This document shows positions 1-9,562 of a DNA stretch of 64,000 bases, piece by piece; within the stretch, counting starts at the first letter, position 1; every line of letters starts with the position of its first letter. The position numbers were made by a program, and so were the translations under genes. The DNA lies in the IMG/VR virus record IMGVR_UViG_3300022562_000410, one strand, 5' to 3'. The notes beneath the pieces are model-generated. The model did not search any database and was not told where the DNA came from. It saw nothing but the letters and a program-made list of their open reading frames with translations. Source of the DNA: an uncultured virus (IMG/VR IMGVR_UViG_3300022562_000410) (Duplodnaviria > Heunggongvirae > Uroviricota > Caudoviricetes).

Positions 1-3000
1 CGCTACGGTTATGAGCGCCGGGTCGAGGGCTGCGTCGATCCATTCACCGGCAAGGTCTATCTCGTATCCGGCAACATCGGCGACATGCCGACCATCCACC
101 GGGTGTTCGTCGAGGAATCGCTGGGTCACCACGGGCTGCGTGGCTTCTTCGGTAGTGAGTTCGACAACTTCCTTGATGAGATCATCCCCAACATCGAGGG
201 CAGTGATGCATGGAACGCCCTGCTGCGCGACTACAAGCACGTCGGTCGGTTAATCGCAAACAAGAATACGAGTCAGAGAGGAAGGCGGCTGGCGGCAGAA
301 GAGCTGCTGGCCAAGATGGATGTCGATCAGAACGTCTGGCAGAAGTTCGTCGCATGGGTGCGGAGCTGGCTGCGTTCCAGAGGGCTGATCACCAACTACA
401 CCGAGCAGGACCTGCGCCGGATCATGACGCAGGTTCACAACCGGATCATCAACGGCACGACCCCCCACCCATGGGGTGCCCGCAACCACCGACCATCGTA
501 CGCCGGAGCAGCGCCGTTCTCGATCCGGGCGTGGCACGGCTCACGCCACGAGTGGTACACCCCGAGGCTGGCTAAGGCCGGAACAGGCGAGGGCTTCAAT
601 GCCTTCGGCTGGGGGTTCTATGTAGCTGAGAATCGAGACGTTGCCGAGTACTACAAACTCTCGGGGATGGCGTCCGACCCCAGACTTTACCGGAAGATGC
701 TTGACACCAATGGGAACCACTTCAGGGAGTGGGACAATTCACCAGCCGCTGGCATCGCTGAGAATCTGTTCTACGATGCTGACGGAGATTACAACAAGGT
801 CCGTTCGATCCTTTCTTCTGCTTCTGGTGGGCAGCAGGCCCCGAAGTCGGCAGGACTTCGTAGAGAGGTTCTGGACATAATCACTCAGTGGGAAGCTGCC
901 GGAATAACACTGGAGGAGGCAAAGCCGGAGCCTGAGGGCAACATCTACGAGGTCCATATCGACGACGGGGTCGCTGCCAACATGTTGCTCTGGGAGTCCC
1001 CTCTCGAAGATCAGCCAGACGTCGTCAAAGCAGCAATCGAGAGTAACGAATGGGTGAAGCGCAAGCTGGCTTCATGGCGGATGAGCTTTGGTGGTCCCGC
1101 GATCAACGGTGAGGCGATCTACAAGGCCTTCGCGCAGGCACCCAGCGAGGGTATGTCTGAGAACCAACAGGCAGCGTCCGAAGCGCTGGCTGCGCTGGGG
1201 GTGACCGGGGTCAAATACTACGATGCAATCTCCCGGCCTATCGCTCGGGCGGCAAGGCGGGCGGCTGGTGGCCTGATCGGTCCACTGGCTAGTGCGATCA
1301 AGGGTGAGGAGGAAGCCAAGCCTCAGTACAACTACGTACTCTTCAACGAGAAGGACATCAACGTCGTGTCACGTAACGGCACGCCGTTTTCCATCAAGAC
1401 CAAAGGCCACATCAATGGCACTGGCCTGCGCGGCCATAGCGCTGGGGAGCACTACCCACTGATGGTGATCGGGCTGGGTAACCCAAACTCCCCAGTGGAT
1501 TCCCCAGACGCCCTCAAGTGGGCTGTACAGCGCCCAGACGGCTCGATAGAGGAGGAGCGGTTCGAGACCCCCGGTCAGGCACAGAAACGCGCTCAGGAGC
1601 TTGCTGAGGAGCTTTCGACGGTCCCCTTCTCGATTCTCCCCGACCCGGAATACGCTGAACGGTACCCGCATCCTGCAGAGCCGGAGGTTGGAGTTAATGA
1701 GAAAGGCAAGCCGTATCTGAAAAAAGGGAGTACCCCGGAGAGCGAGCGTTTCATGGAAGCTCGCGCCCGGATCATTGATCAGATCAAGCAGGAGGGCTTC
1801 GACCCCTACTTCGATCCTGCCCAGCGATATGATGTCGATCCCCAATATTACCCAACCCAGATCGAAACACTGGAAGCCAAGCCGGTGCAGGCCAAAGTGT
1901 TGGCCAAGTGGCGACGGAAGATCAAGACGCCAAGCGCTAAACGTCGGCTGCAGGAGGCCTATGACATGGGAGTCTTGCAGGGCTTCCATGATGGCTGGTA
2001 CAAGATGGGCCAGCTCGAAGCTGAGTTCATGAAAGAGTACGGCCCTGAGGATGGCCGGAGGATGTTTCAGGAACGCTTTCTCAATGCCATGGCGGCGACC
2101 ACTGCTGGTAACCGACCGGCCCAGAACTTCCTGATCGCCATGTACCTAAACTACCTGACGAACTTGGGCTTGCCGCTGCCAGAGGAAAGCCACCAGTTTC
2201 CGTCTCCATTGGGGACGCCTCGTGGCGCTCTCAATGTGAAGTCTTATAAGGACCTGATGGCTGAGGCACGGTGGCGGATTACTCAACCCAAGAGTCACAA
2301 CTTTGCCGCCAACTTCGCTGGCCATGAGCGCATGGCTACGATTGATTCCCAGATTGGTGAGATTGTCACTGGTAAAGCCAAGGGCGAGCTACAGAGAATC
2401 CTGCAGAATCGCTACGGAATCTTCGAAGAACTAGTCGTTCAGATGGCTGAGGAGAACGGGGTGTCACCACGCGAATTCCAAGAGGTGGCGTGGGGCGGCT
2501 ACAAGTACATGAAGGAGGGTTATACCGGCACACCGATGATCCAGATCGTCAACGAGGCGATCGAGCGCACATCGAGGATCACCGGGGCTTCACCCGAAGA
2601 GGTGGTCCGTCGCGGCATAGTCCGCAATGAGATGCCGATTTACTCCTTGCGTCGGCCCAGAGGAGTAGACGACGAACTGCGGATCGTCAACGAGAAGATC
2701 GCCCGGTCGTTCAGTGAGATGACGCTGGTTGACCGGGTCACCCACTGGTTCCATCAGATTCGCGATGCCATGGCCGCTGGTGATTTTATCTGGGGCCTGA
2801 AGCAAGGCGTGCTTGATGACGCTGCCGTAGTCGAGCGCTACGAGAAAGAGCTGTTCGGCGACCTGCAGGATGCGGCGATCTCTCCGTACAAGGCGATTCA
2901 TGCCACCAAGAACCTCGCTTCCGTAATGGCGGCGATCTCCAAGGTGGGTGTTCCAGAATATCGCAACGGAACTTTCGTCCCGGCGCAAGGACGCAAGGGC

Positions 3001-5409
3001 TTTATCGAAATCTTCCGGCCCCTGTTTGAGCATTCTGATGGCGATCTGCTGGAACTGTGGGAAGGCTATGCGGCAGCACGTCGTTCCCAACGCCTGATCC
3101 AAGAGACCAACCCGGACGGTACCAGTCGGGAGAAACTGTTCACGCAAGAGGAGATCAACAAGCTGTTGGCGCTGGAGCAGCGCTACCCCGAGTTCAAGGA
3201 CGTGTTCGACGACTGGACCGAGTTCAACAACCAGCTCCTCGATCTGGCGGTTGAGCAGGGGGTTATCAGTGAGGCTGAGCGTGAGGCATGGACGAAGTAC
3301 GACTACATTCCATTCTACCGGGCCATGGAGGAGATCGAAGGCATCGATCAGCGCACCGGCTGGGGTCGCGTCAAGGCTGGCATCGAGGGACAGAAGTACT
3401 TCGGTCGTCGTCTGAAGGGTGGTGAGCAGAAGCTGGCCAATGTGATCGAGAACATGTGGTTCAACACTGCCAGCATGGTCGACAAGATTTACAAGAACCA
3501 AGCAATGAACCGGGTCGTCGATATGCTCGAAGGCGTGGTCATGCACGAGATCGATATGCCGTGGGAGGCCGTCAGGATCACCAATGGCCAGCTCGCTTCC
3601 GCACTGAAGAGCGCGGGGCTGTTATCGAAGACCAACCAAACGCCGTTGCAGCAGGTTCAGGCCATGACTGCCGAGCAGCGCATGCAATGGAATAAGGTCT
3701 TCCGGCGCGTCCGTCCCACGGCACCAAATGTGGTGGCCGTCTCTCGTGAAGGTCGGCTGGCTTACTTCGAGGTGACCGATGAACTACTGCTAAGAACCCT
3801 GCAGGGGATGACAGCAGAGGGACTTGTCGGCTTCATGAAAGCGATGGGTTGGTCAAAGCACTTGCTTACCCGAATGGTCACACTGGACCCGGCCTTCATG
3901 GTCGCCAACTGGATGCGCGATACGCTGTCGGCATGGGTGACTTCCGATGCCAACTTCATCCCAGTTCTGGACTCGATCCGATCTGGGGGAGACGTCTTCA
4001 CCGAGAGCGGCAGCTACATCCAGATGATGATGTCTGGCCATGGTGGCGGTGGCTTCTATGATCTGACCGGAGGCAATGTCAGCCGGGTTCTAAAGGAAGA
4101 GCTGGCGCATGGTGGTCGGCACTGGGCACACAAGGTCTGGAACGGTTATATGAAGCTGGGCGCAGCCTCCGAGAACTCGAACCGTTTGGCGATCGCCAAC
4201 CGCATTCTGAAGAAGGGTGGCTCGGTTGCCGAAGCGATGTATCAGGCTCAAGATATTATGAACTTCACGATGTCGGGTGACTACGCCGCCATCAAGTTCC
4301 TGATCCGCACAGTGCCCTTCATGAACGCTCGCCTGCAGGGTCTCTATCGCCTCTACCGTGGCGCTAAGCAGCACCCGGTCGGGTTCATCGCCAAGGGCAT
4401 GGCGGTGGCCGCTGCGACGCTGGCATTGCTGGCTCGTAACTGGGATGACCCGGACTATGAGCGGCTGGAAGGGTGGCAGAAGGATACCAACTGGAACTTC
4501 TTCATTAACGGCTTCCACTATGCGCTGCCGAAACCGTTTGAGGTGGGTGTGATCTTCGGTTTGTTGCCGGAGCGAATTGCCCGAGCCCTGCTGGGCCGTG
4601 ATGACATGAAAGACTCACGGGATTCGCTGCTGCGAGCCATCGGCAGCACCTTTGCTTTTAATCCAGTCCCCCAGCTATTCAAACCAATCCTCGAACAGAT
4701 GATGGACTACAACTTCTTCATGGGTTCGCCGATCGTGGGGCAATCACTGGCCGGGTTGGAGCCTGCCGCCACCCATCTGCAGTACAACCCATGGACCTCC
4801 GAGGCTGCGGTCAAGTTGGGCGCGGCGATGCCGGACTGGATGGGTAAGCTGCGCTCACCACGCCGCATCGAGCATCTGGTTCGTGCCTACACCGGCACTA
4901 TGGGTCTGTACACTCTGAACGCGATCGACTGGATGATTCGTAGTGTCGACAAAGATCAGCCAGAGCCTCCAACCACGTACTGGTACGAACGGCCCGTGTT
5001 CTCCCGGTTCCTTAAGGGTGAGGCCAAGAGCGCCAAGTACAACAAGTACACCCAGCAACTCTATGACGTGATCGACGAATCGAACTCGGCGCAGCAGGCT
5101 TTCAACCTGTTAGCAGAGCAGGGGCGTAGGGATGAGGCGGTGGAAATCTACAAGAAGTTCGCTCCGCTAGTCGACCCGAGCGGTAAGGCTACTGAGGGTT
5201 CAGTTCGCAAGCAGCTCCTGCAGTACCAGTCAGCCATGCGCGAGATCAATAAGGCGCAGAGGGCGGTGATGACATCCAAGGAGCTGACCGGGGACCAAAA
5301 ACGAGAGCGCCTAGACCAGCTCCAGATGCGGCGTCACGAGATACTCGGGAACGCAGCCCACCTGCTGGAAATGATCGAAGATTTCGAGTTGCCAGAGCCT
5401 CAGCCATAG
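1..5409 (+). CDS. C-terminal part of giant polyvalent/DNA-ejection protein (5' truncated): metallopeptidase-like, ADP-ribosyltransferase-like, DUF7178/glycosylase-like and LPD38-like modules
   Basis: Frame is open from base 1 (RYGYERRVEGCVDPFTGKVYLV...), so the listed start at 85 is internal. Motifs: EESLGHHGLR; AWHGS...GTGEGFNAFGWGFY...YNYVLFNE; WY...MAATT...PKSHNF...TIDSQ...QEVAW; C-terminal VPFMNARLQGL, LPKPFEVGVIFG, PILEQMMDYNFF. Confidence 0.85.
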   Translation, partial: RYGYERRVEGCVDPFTGKVYLVSGNIGDMPTIHRVFVEESLGHHGLRGFFGSEFDNFLDEIIPNIEGSDAWNALLRDYKHVGRLIANKNTSQRGRRLAAEELLAKMDVDQNVWQKFVAWVRSWLRSRGLITNYTEQDLRRIMTQVHNRIINGTTPHPWGARNHRPSYAGAAPFSIRAWHGSRHEWYTPRLAKAGTGEGFNAFGWGFYVAENRDVAEYYKLSGMASDPRLYRKMLDTNGNHFREWDNSPAAGIAENLFYDADGDYNKVRSILSSASGGQQAPKSAGLRREVLDIITQWEAAGITLEEAKPEPEGNIYEVHIDDGVAANMLLWESPLEDQPDVVKAAIESNEWVKRKLASWRMSFGGPAINGEAIYKAFAQAPSEGMSENQQAASEALAALGVTGVKYYDAISRPIARAARRAAGGLIGPLASAIKGEEEAKPQYNYVLFNEKDINVVSRNGTPFSIKTKGHINGTGLRGHSAGEHYPLMVIGLGNPNSPVDSPDALKWAVQRPDGSIEEERFETPGQAQKRAQELAEELSTVPFSILPDPEYAERYPHPAEPEVGVNEKGKPYLKKGSTPESERFMEARARIIDQIKQEGFDPYFDPAQRYDVDPQYYPTQIETLEAKPVQAKVLAKWRRKIKTPSAKRRLQEAYDMGVLQGFHDGWYKMGQLEAEFMKEYGPEDGRRMFQERFLNAMAATTAGNRPAQNFLIAMYLNYLTNLGLPLPEESHQFPSPLGTPRGALNVKSYKDLMAEARWRITQPKSHNFAANFAGHERMATIDSQIGEIVTGKAKGELQRILQNRYGIFEELVVQMAEENGVSPREFQEVAWGGYKYMKEGYTGTPMIQIVNEAIERTSRITGASPEEVVRRGIVRNEMPIYSLRRPRGVDDELRIVNEKIARSFSEMTLVDRVTHWFHQIRDAMAAGDFIWGLKQGVLDDAAVVERYEKELFGDLQDAAISPYKAIHATKNLASVMAAISKVGVPEYRNGTFVPAQGRKGFIEIFRPLFEHSDGDLLELWEGYAAARRSQRLIQETNPDGTSREKLFTQEEINKLLALEQRYPEFKDVFDDWTEFNNQLLDLAVEQGVISEAEREAWTKYDYIPFYRAMEEIEGIDQRTGWGRVKAGIEGQKYFGRRLKGGEQKLANVIENMWFNTASMVDKIYKNQAMNRVVDMLEGVVMHEIDMPWEAVRITNGQLASALKSAGLLSKTNQTPLQQVQAMTAEQRMQWNKVFRRVRPTAPNVVAVSREGRLAYFEVTDELLLRTLQGMTAEGLVGFMKAMGWSKHLLTRMVTLDPAFMVANWMRDTLSAWVTSDANFIPVLDSIRSGGDVFTESGSYIQMMMSGHGGGGFYDLTGGNVSRVLKEELAHGGRHWAHKVWNGYMKLGAASENSNRLAIANRILKKGGSVAEAMYQAQDIMNFTMSGDYAAIKFLIRTVPFMNARLQGLYRLYRGAKQHPVGFIAKGMAVAAATLALLARNWDDPDYERLEGWQKDTNWNFFINGFHYALPKPFEVGVIFGLLPERIARALLGRDDMKDSRDSLLRAIGSTFAFNPVPQLFKPILEQMMDYNFFMGSPIVGQSLAGLEPAATHLQYNPWTSEAAVKLGAAMPDWMGKLRSPRRIEHLVRAYTGTMGLYTLNAIDWMIRSVDKDQPEPPTTYWYERPVFSRFLKGEAKSAKYNKYTQQLYDVIDESNSAQQAFNLLAEQGRRDEAVEIYKKFAPLVDPSGKATEGSVRKQLLQYQSAMREINKAQRAVMTSKELTGDQKRERLDQLQMRRHEILGNAAHLLEMIEDFELPEPQP

Positions 5410-5726
5410 TCTCCCCCTTTTCCCTGCATGGGCAGGCGCGGCCCAGAGGCAGGTACTCAGCGTTCCCATGCGCGTATGCAGGTCGAGGCGGTCGGGGGTG
5501 GGACCGTGGCTCCTCTCTATCTCGTTTCGCAGGCTGCTTCTCTGAGGGGCAACGACAGTCGACGTTCGCGAACTCACAGCGCCTCGGGCTGGCGGAACGA
5601 GAGAGACACAAGATGTTGTGTATTAGGTGGAATTACGTAGCACTAGATAGCAAGCTGTGATATATTAGCCACGTAGTCATCTATCGTTTCGCAGCGTCGA
5701 TACTACGCCCATCGGATGGGCTTGTG

Positions 5727-5760
5727 AAGCCCCCCAACTCCTCGGGGGGTTTCCTTTTTC
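5727..5760 (+). terminator. Intrinsic terminator
   Basis: AAGCCCCCC-aactcctc-GGGGGGTTT hairpin followed by CCTTTTTC. Confidence 0.65.
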
Positions 5761-5771
5761 TGGGAACCCCG

Positions 5772-5780
5772 TGCTACACT
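5772..5780 (+). promoter_or_regulatory. Putative extended -10 promoter for the sRNA
   Basis: TG-C-TACACT just after the upstream terminator; GGGAAC half-site at 5762..5767. Confidence 0.5.
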
Positions 5781-5786
5781 TCAGCT

Positions 5787-5874
5787 TGAACGGCTTCATC
5801 CAACGAGACGTTCAGTCTTCATCTCCTTTGTTGATGGAAGGACGAAGCCCTCGGAGAAATCCGGGGGCTTTTTC
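5787..5874 (+). ncRNA. Predicted antisense sRNA of three hairpins; loop 2 is anti-RBS
   Basis: TGAACG/CGTTCA stem; GTCTTCATC-TCCTTTGTT-GATGGAAGGAC stem-loop; terminator. 5821..5836 is complementary to the RBS motifs at 5937..5950 and in the leftward operon. Confidence 0.65.
5846..5874 (+). terminator. Intrinsic terminator
   Basis: AGCCCTCGGA-GAAA-TCCGGGGGCT-TTTT. Confidence 0.85.
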
Positions 5875-5900
5875 TATTCTCACCCCCTGAGAATTCCCCC

Positions 5901-5929
5901 TGTTACTGTGAACACAGTTCCCCTATAAT
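5901..5929 (+). promoter_or_regulatory. Putative recT operon promoter with operator-like palindrome
   Basis: Perfect TATAAT at 5924..5929 with weak -35; GTGAAC-ACA-GTTCCC at 5908..5922. Confidence 0.6.
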
Positions 5930-5957
5930 GGGTGGGTCAACAAAGGAGGTAAGTGTC

Positions 5958-6980
5958 ATGAGGCAAGAGTTGGTTGAGGTCAAGAATGAACTCGGGCGCG
6001 GCGGAGCGTTGTGCAAGGAGTTCAACCGGGTCAAGATGCGCGACGATCAGAACTGGCGCATCGAGATGTTCTACGCGCTGGAGGCCATGGAGAAATCCAA
6101 GGCGCTGCAGGACTGCGAGCCATCGAGCATTGGCCGCTGCATCATCGACGTCGGCACCATGGGCCTGTCCCTGAGTCCGGCGAAGAAGGAGGCCTACCTG
6201 ATCCCGTACCAGATCAAGGTTGGGCCGAATAAGAGAATCTACCGGGCTGAGCTGAGCATCAGCTACATGGGGATGGAGCAGATCGCGTACCGAACGGGGT
6301 TCGTGGAGCTGATCCAGACCAACGTGGTCCGGGCTGGCGATAAGTGGAAGCTCTGGGCGGATGAGGATGGTCGCCACATCGAGCACGTGGAGGGCCCGGA
6401 GCGCGGCTCCGTACTACTGGCCTACTGCATCGTTAAGCTCTCCTCAGGAAGGACGTACATTGAGACGATGACCAAGGAAGAGCTGTTGGAGGTCAGAAAG
6501 GCAGCGACCAAGAAGAACGGCGACAAGATACCGTTCACATGGACCGGGCCGTTCCGGGTCGAGATGTACAAGAAGTCGGTGCTGCGGAGGGCATGGAAGA
6601 ACCTTCCGAGGTCTGAGAATCCGCGCCTGTTAGCTATGATGGAGGCCGTGGACCGGGCCGACAAGATCGAGTTCAAGCGTGAAGACGAAAACGTCGTGCG
6701 TGAGGACCCATTCATCGATGGTGATCATCTCTCAGAATTAGTTGAGATGATGGCTGACGCAGAGGTCCCAAAAAAGAAGTATGGTGCGATCCTCGCGGGT
6801 TTGGCTAAATCTATGGGCTACCCCGGAGGCATCCGATCCCTGCCGAAATCTGAGTTCGAAGCTGCGAGAGGAGAGCTACTCAAAGTTGTTGAGAGGTTCA
6901 GAAAATGGCAGCAGTCGCAGACATCACCCCAATCCGGCTCCGAGCAGGGCGATACTACGCAACAGGCGGAGGCGACCTAG
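5958..6980 (+). CDS. recT: RecT-family single-strand annealing recombinase
   Basis: GLSLSPAKKEAYLIPY, ISYMGMEQIAYRTG, EMYKKSVLRRAWKNLP; AAGGAGGT SD before ATG 5958. Confidence 0.88.
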   Translation: MRQELVEVKNELGRGGALCKEFNRVKMRDDQNWRIEMFYALEAMEKSKALQDCEPSSIGRCIIDVGTMGLSLSPAKKEAYLIPYQIKVGPNKRIYRAELSISYMGMEQIAYRTGFVELIQTNVVRAGDKWKLWADEDGRHIEHVEGPERGSVLLAYCIVKLSSGRTYIETMTKEELLEVRKAATKKNGDKIPFTWTGPFRVEMYKKSVLRRAWKNLPRSENPRLLAMMEAVDRADKIEFKREDENVVREDPFIDGDHLSELVEMMADAEVPKKKYGAILAGLAKSMGYPGGIRSLPKSEFEAARGELLKVVERFRKWQQSQTSPQSGSEQGDTTQQAEAT

Positions 6981-7207
6981 TGTTCATCCAGCGGGTTGAA
7001 GGCTTGGTCGCGCATGGCATCTTCATCGCCGGTCATGCCTTTGCCCACTGGTATGTGGACGGTCGGTTCATCACTACGGAAAACAACCAGCCGTCCGACT
7101 TCGACATCAACAGTGAGGTGAAAGGCCATGAAGGAAGGAGTTTTTACAGGAATACCCAACGAGGTGTATCACGCGGATCGTACGGCGGTTTCGTCAACGT
7201 GGGTTAA
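6905..7207 (+). CDS. Hypothetical protein overlapping both neighbours
   Basis: GAGAGG SD; fills the gap between recT and the exonuclease gene. Confidence 0.5.
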   Translation: MAAVADITPIRLRAGRYYATGGGDLVFIQRVEGLVAHGIFIAGHAFAHWYVDGRFITTENNQPSDFDINSEVKGHEGRSFYRNTQRGVSRGSYGGFVNVG

Positions 7208-7994
7208 GCTCATCAACGAGAAAACGCCGTGGCACCTGCGGAGCTACCTCGACTCGCCACCGGCAGACCCCACCCCTGCCCTCGTTATGGGGGCAGCGGT
7301 GGACTGTCTCATCTTCGAGCCAAAGATGTGGGACAGGCAGTTCATCATCCACCCTGTAATCAACCGGCGCACGAACGCCGGGAAGGAGGAATGGGCCGCG
7401 CTGGAGGCTCGGGCGAAGAAGGAGCACAAGTACCTGATCGACGAAGCCAAGCGGGAGGAGGCGATGCTGACTGCCAAATCGGTCAGGACCAACCCCCGGA
7501 TGGCGGATGTCCTGAAGCGTGGGGTTGCTCAGCAGGTGGTCGTCTGGCGCGATCCCGTGACCGGCCTGCTGTGTAAGTGCAGGACCGACTGGTACGATAA
7601 GAAGGACCAGACGATCTATGACCTAAAGGCCATGCTCGATGCCAGCCCTGATGGCTTCTCTCGGGCGGTCCATAACTTCAGCTACCACATTCAAGCAGCG
7701 TTCTATTGGGATGGGTACCTGACGGCTGGATTGCCCGTTAAGCGATTCGTTTTTGGGGTGCAAGAGAAGCCTGACAACAGGAACACATTCGTTGCTGACC
7801 CCCGGCTGATGAGCTGGTACACCCTGACCTTGAAGGACATCGAGGCTGGGCAGGACAGCTACACGTCGGCGTTGGCAGCGATCAACGCCTGCATGGAGAA
7901 CGAGGAGTGGCCGGGTTACTCGAACGAGATCATCGAGATCACCCGCCCGCCGTGGGCCAAGCGCACCGATATCGACGACGTGGTTGCGCTGTGA
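7128..7994 (+). CDS. Exodeoxyribonuclease VIII (RecE-like) PD-(D/E)XK exonuclease
   Basis: YHADRTAVSST, LCKCRTDW, IYDLK, YHIQAAFY; adjacent to recT. Confidence 0.88.
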   Translation: MKEGVFTGIPNEVYHADRTAVSSTWVKLINEKTPWHLRSYLDSPPADPTPALVMGAAVDCLIFEPKMWDRQFIIHPVINRRTNAGKEEWAALEARAKKEHKYLIDEAKREEAMLTAKSVRTNPRMADVLKRGVAQQVVVWRDPVTGLLCKCRTDWYDKKDQTIYDLKAMLDASPDGFSRAVHNFSYHIQAAFYWDGYLTAGLPVKRFVFGVQEKPDNRNTFVADPRLMSWYTLTLKDIEAGQDSYTSALAAINACMENEEWPGYSNEIIEITRPPWAKRTDIDDVVAL

Positions 7995-9562
7995 GCTTCA
8001 TCCTTCGCGATTTTCAGGCCCGTAACAAGGCCAACATCAGGAACCTGTTCAGGAAGGTCAGGAGCGTGCTCTATGTGGCCCCAACAGGTTCCGGCAAGAC
8101 CGTTACAGCCGCCTCGATCATCGAGGCGGCTAACGCCAAGGAGACCTGCACATGGTTCGTAGCGCACAGGCGTGAATTGATCGAGCAGGCCTCGGAAACG
8201 CTCTGGAAGTCAAACGTCAGGAACGGCATTCTGATGGCTGGTTACAGATACGAGCCGCATCTCCCAGTGCAAGTATGTGGCATAGATACCCTGCGATCCC
8301 GGCTGCTGAATGACAACAAGTTGGTGCTCGTACGTTCACCGACATTTCTGGTGATTGACGAGGCTCATCGCAGCCTTGCCCGGACTTACCTGAAGCTGTT
8401 CGAGCGATTCCCGAACGCCTTTCGGCTGGGCCTGACCGCTTCTCCGGTCCGGTCCGATGGCAGAGGACTGGGCCACGTGTACGATGCCCTCGAATTAGCC
8501 CCGTCAGTGGCCGAGCTGATTGAGCAAGGGTGGCTGGTCAGGCCACGCTATTTCACTGGGGAGTGTGCCGAGCTGACAGGTATAAAAACACAGGATGGTG
8601 ACTACGCCCCCGGCGAGCTGGAAATCCGGTACAACCGGGCCGATTTGCGCGGGGATGTCGTGGAACAATGGCTGCGCTTGGCCAATGGGCGCAAGACCAT
8701 CGTGTTTGCCACAGGAGTCCGCCATAGTTTGGCACTAGCAGAGGACTTCAACGCTCGCGGCATCCCCGCTTTTCACCTTGATGGCAGTACCAATAAGTAT
8801 CTCCGCATGGACCAGTTCGATGAGTTCAGGCATAGCGACAAGTGGAAGGTGCTGGTCAATTGCAACATTGCCACCGAGGGTGTGGATGTTCCCGAGGTTG
8901 GCTGTGTCCAGATGGCCACAGCCACCAAGATCATCTCACGCTACATCCAGATGGGCGGCAGGGGGCTTAGGACCTGTGAGGAGATTGGTAAGCAGGACTG
9001 CATCATTATCGACCATGGCGAGAACATCAAACGCCACGGCTTTCTCGAAGACCCGATCCCATGGTCGCTGGATACCAACGGTCGTTTACAGGATCGCCTC
9101 CCGGCAGTGCGTGACAAGTTGCCGAGGATATTCGTCTGTGTGAACTGTGGCCACACCTTCAGCGGCCAGCTTCGCTGTCCTGAGTGCCGAACCAGATTGG
9201 AGATACAACCACACCACGAGCTGATCAGCACGCCAGAGGACCTGATCCAAGTGACCCGTGGCGCAGCCGGGATCGAGGTGGCGGATAAGCAGCGGACGTA
9301 CTCAGAGGTCCAGCGCCGGAACTTCTATGCCCAGCTCCTCGGCTACTGCAAGGAGAAGGGCTACAAGTATAACTGGGCTGATCACAAGTTCAGGGCCAAG
9401 TTCGGTGAGTGGCCACCGTGGCCAATGACCTCAATCATTCCTCAGCGCCCCACTGATCTGGTCACTGCTTATTGCCATGGCCAACAGGTGGCTTGGCGCA
9501 TCCGTAATCGCAAGCGCAAACAGAAGGAGCAGCAGGCAAATGGGCAAGCCGACGCTAGGTGA
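7991..9562 (+). CDS. SF2 DEAH helicase with C-terminal zinc ribbon
   Basis: APTGSGKT, IDEAH, GLTASP, QMGGRGLR, CVNC..CPEC; GTG start overlaps upstream stop. Confidence 0.92.
   Translation: MSFILRDFQARNKANIRNLFRKVRSVLYVAPTGSGKTVTAASIIEAANAKETCTWFVAHRRELIEQASETLWKSNVRNGILMAGYRYEPHLPVQVCGIDTLRSRLLNDNKLVLVRSPTFLVIDEAHRSLARTYLKLFERFPNAFRLGLTASPVRSDGRGLGHVYDALELAPSVAELIEQGWLVRPRYFTGECAELTGIKTQDGDYAPGELEIRYNRADLRGDVVEQWLRLANGRKTIVFATGVRHSLALAEDFNARGIPAFHLDGSTNKYLRMDQFDEFRHSDKWKVLVNCNIATEGVDVPEVGCVQMATATKIISRYIQMGGRGLRTCEEIGKQDCIIIDHGENIKRHGFLEDPIPWSLDTNGRLQDRLPAVRDKLPRIFVCVNCGHTFSGQLRCPECRTRLEIQPHHELISTPEDLIQVTRGAAGIEVADKQRTYSEVQRRNFYAQLLGYCKEKGYKYNWADHKFRAKFGEWPPWPMTSIIPQRPTDLVTAYCHGQQVAWRIRNRKRKQKEQQANGQADAR

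Noticed and set aside
2590..3546. Long antisense ORFs (also 16507..17475, 35690..36733, 58662..59783)
   Set aside because: Shadow frames of well-supported genes in GC-rich DNA, with no recognisable motifs.
5428..5640. Small ORF in the intergenic region after the giant gene
   Set aside because: No SD and atypical composition; the region is better explained by nucleic-acid structure.
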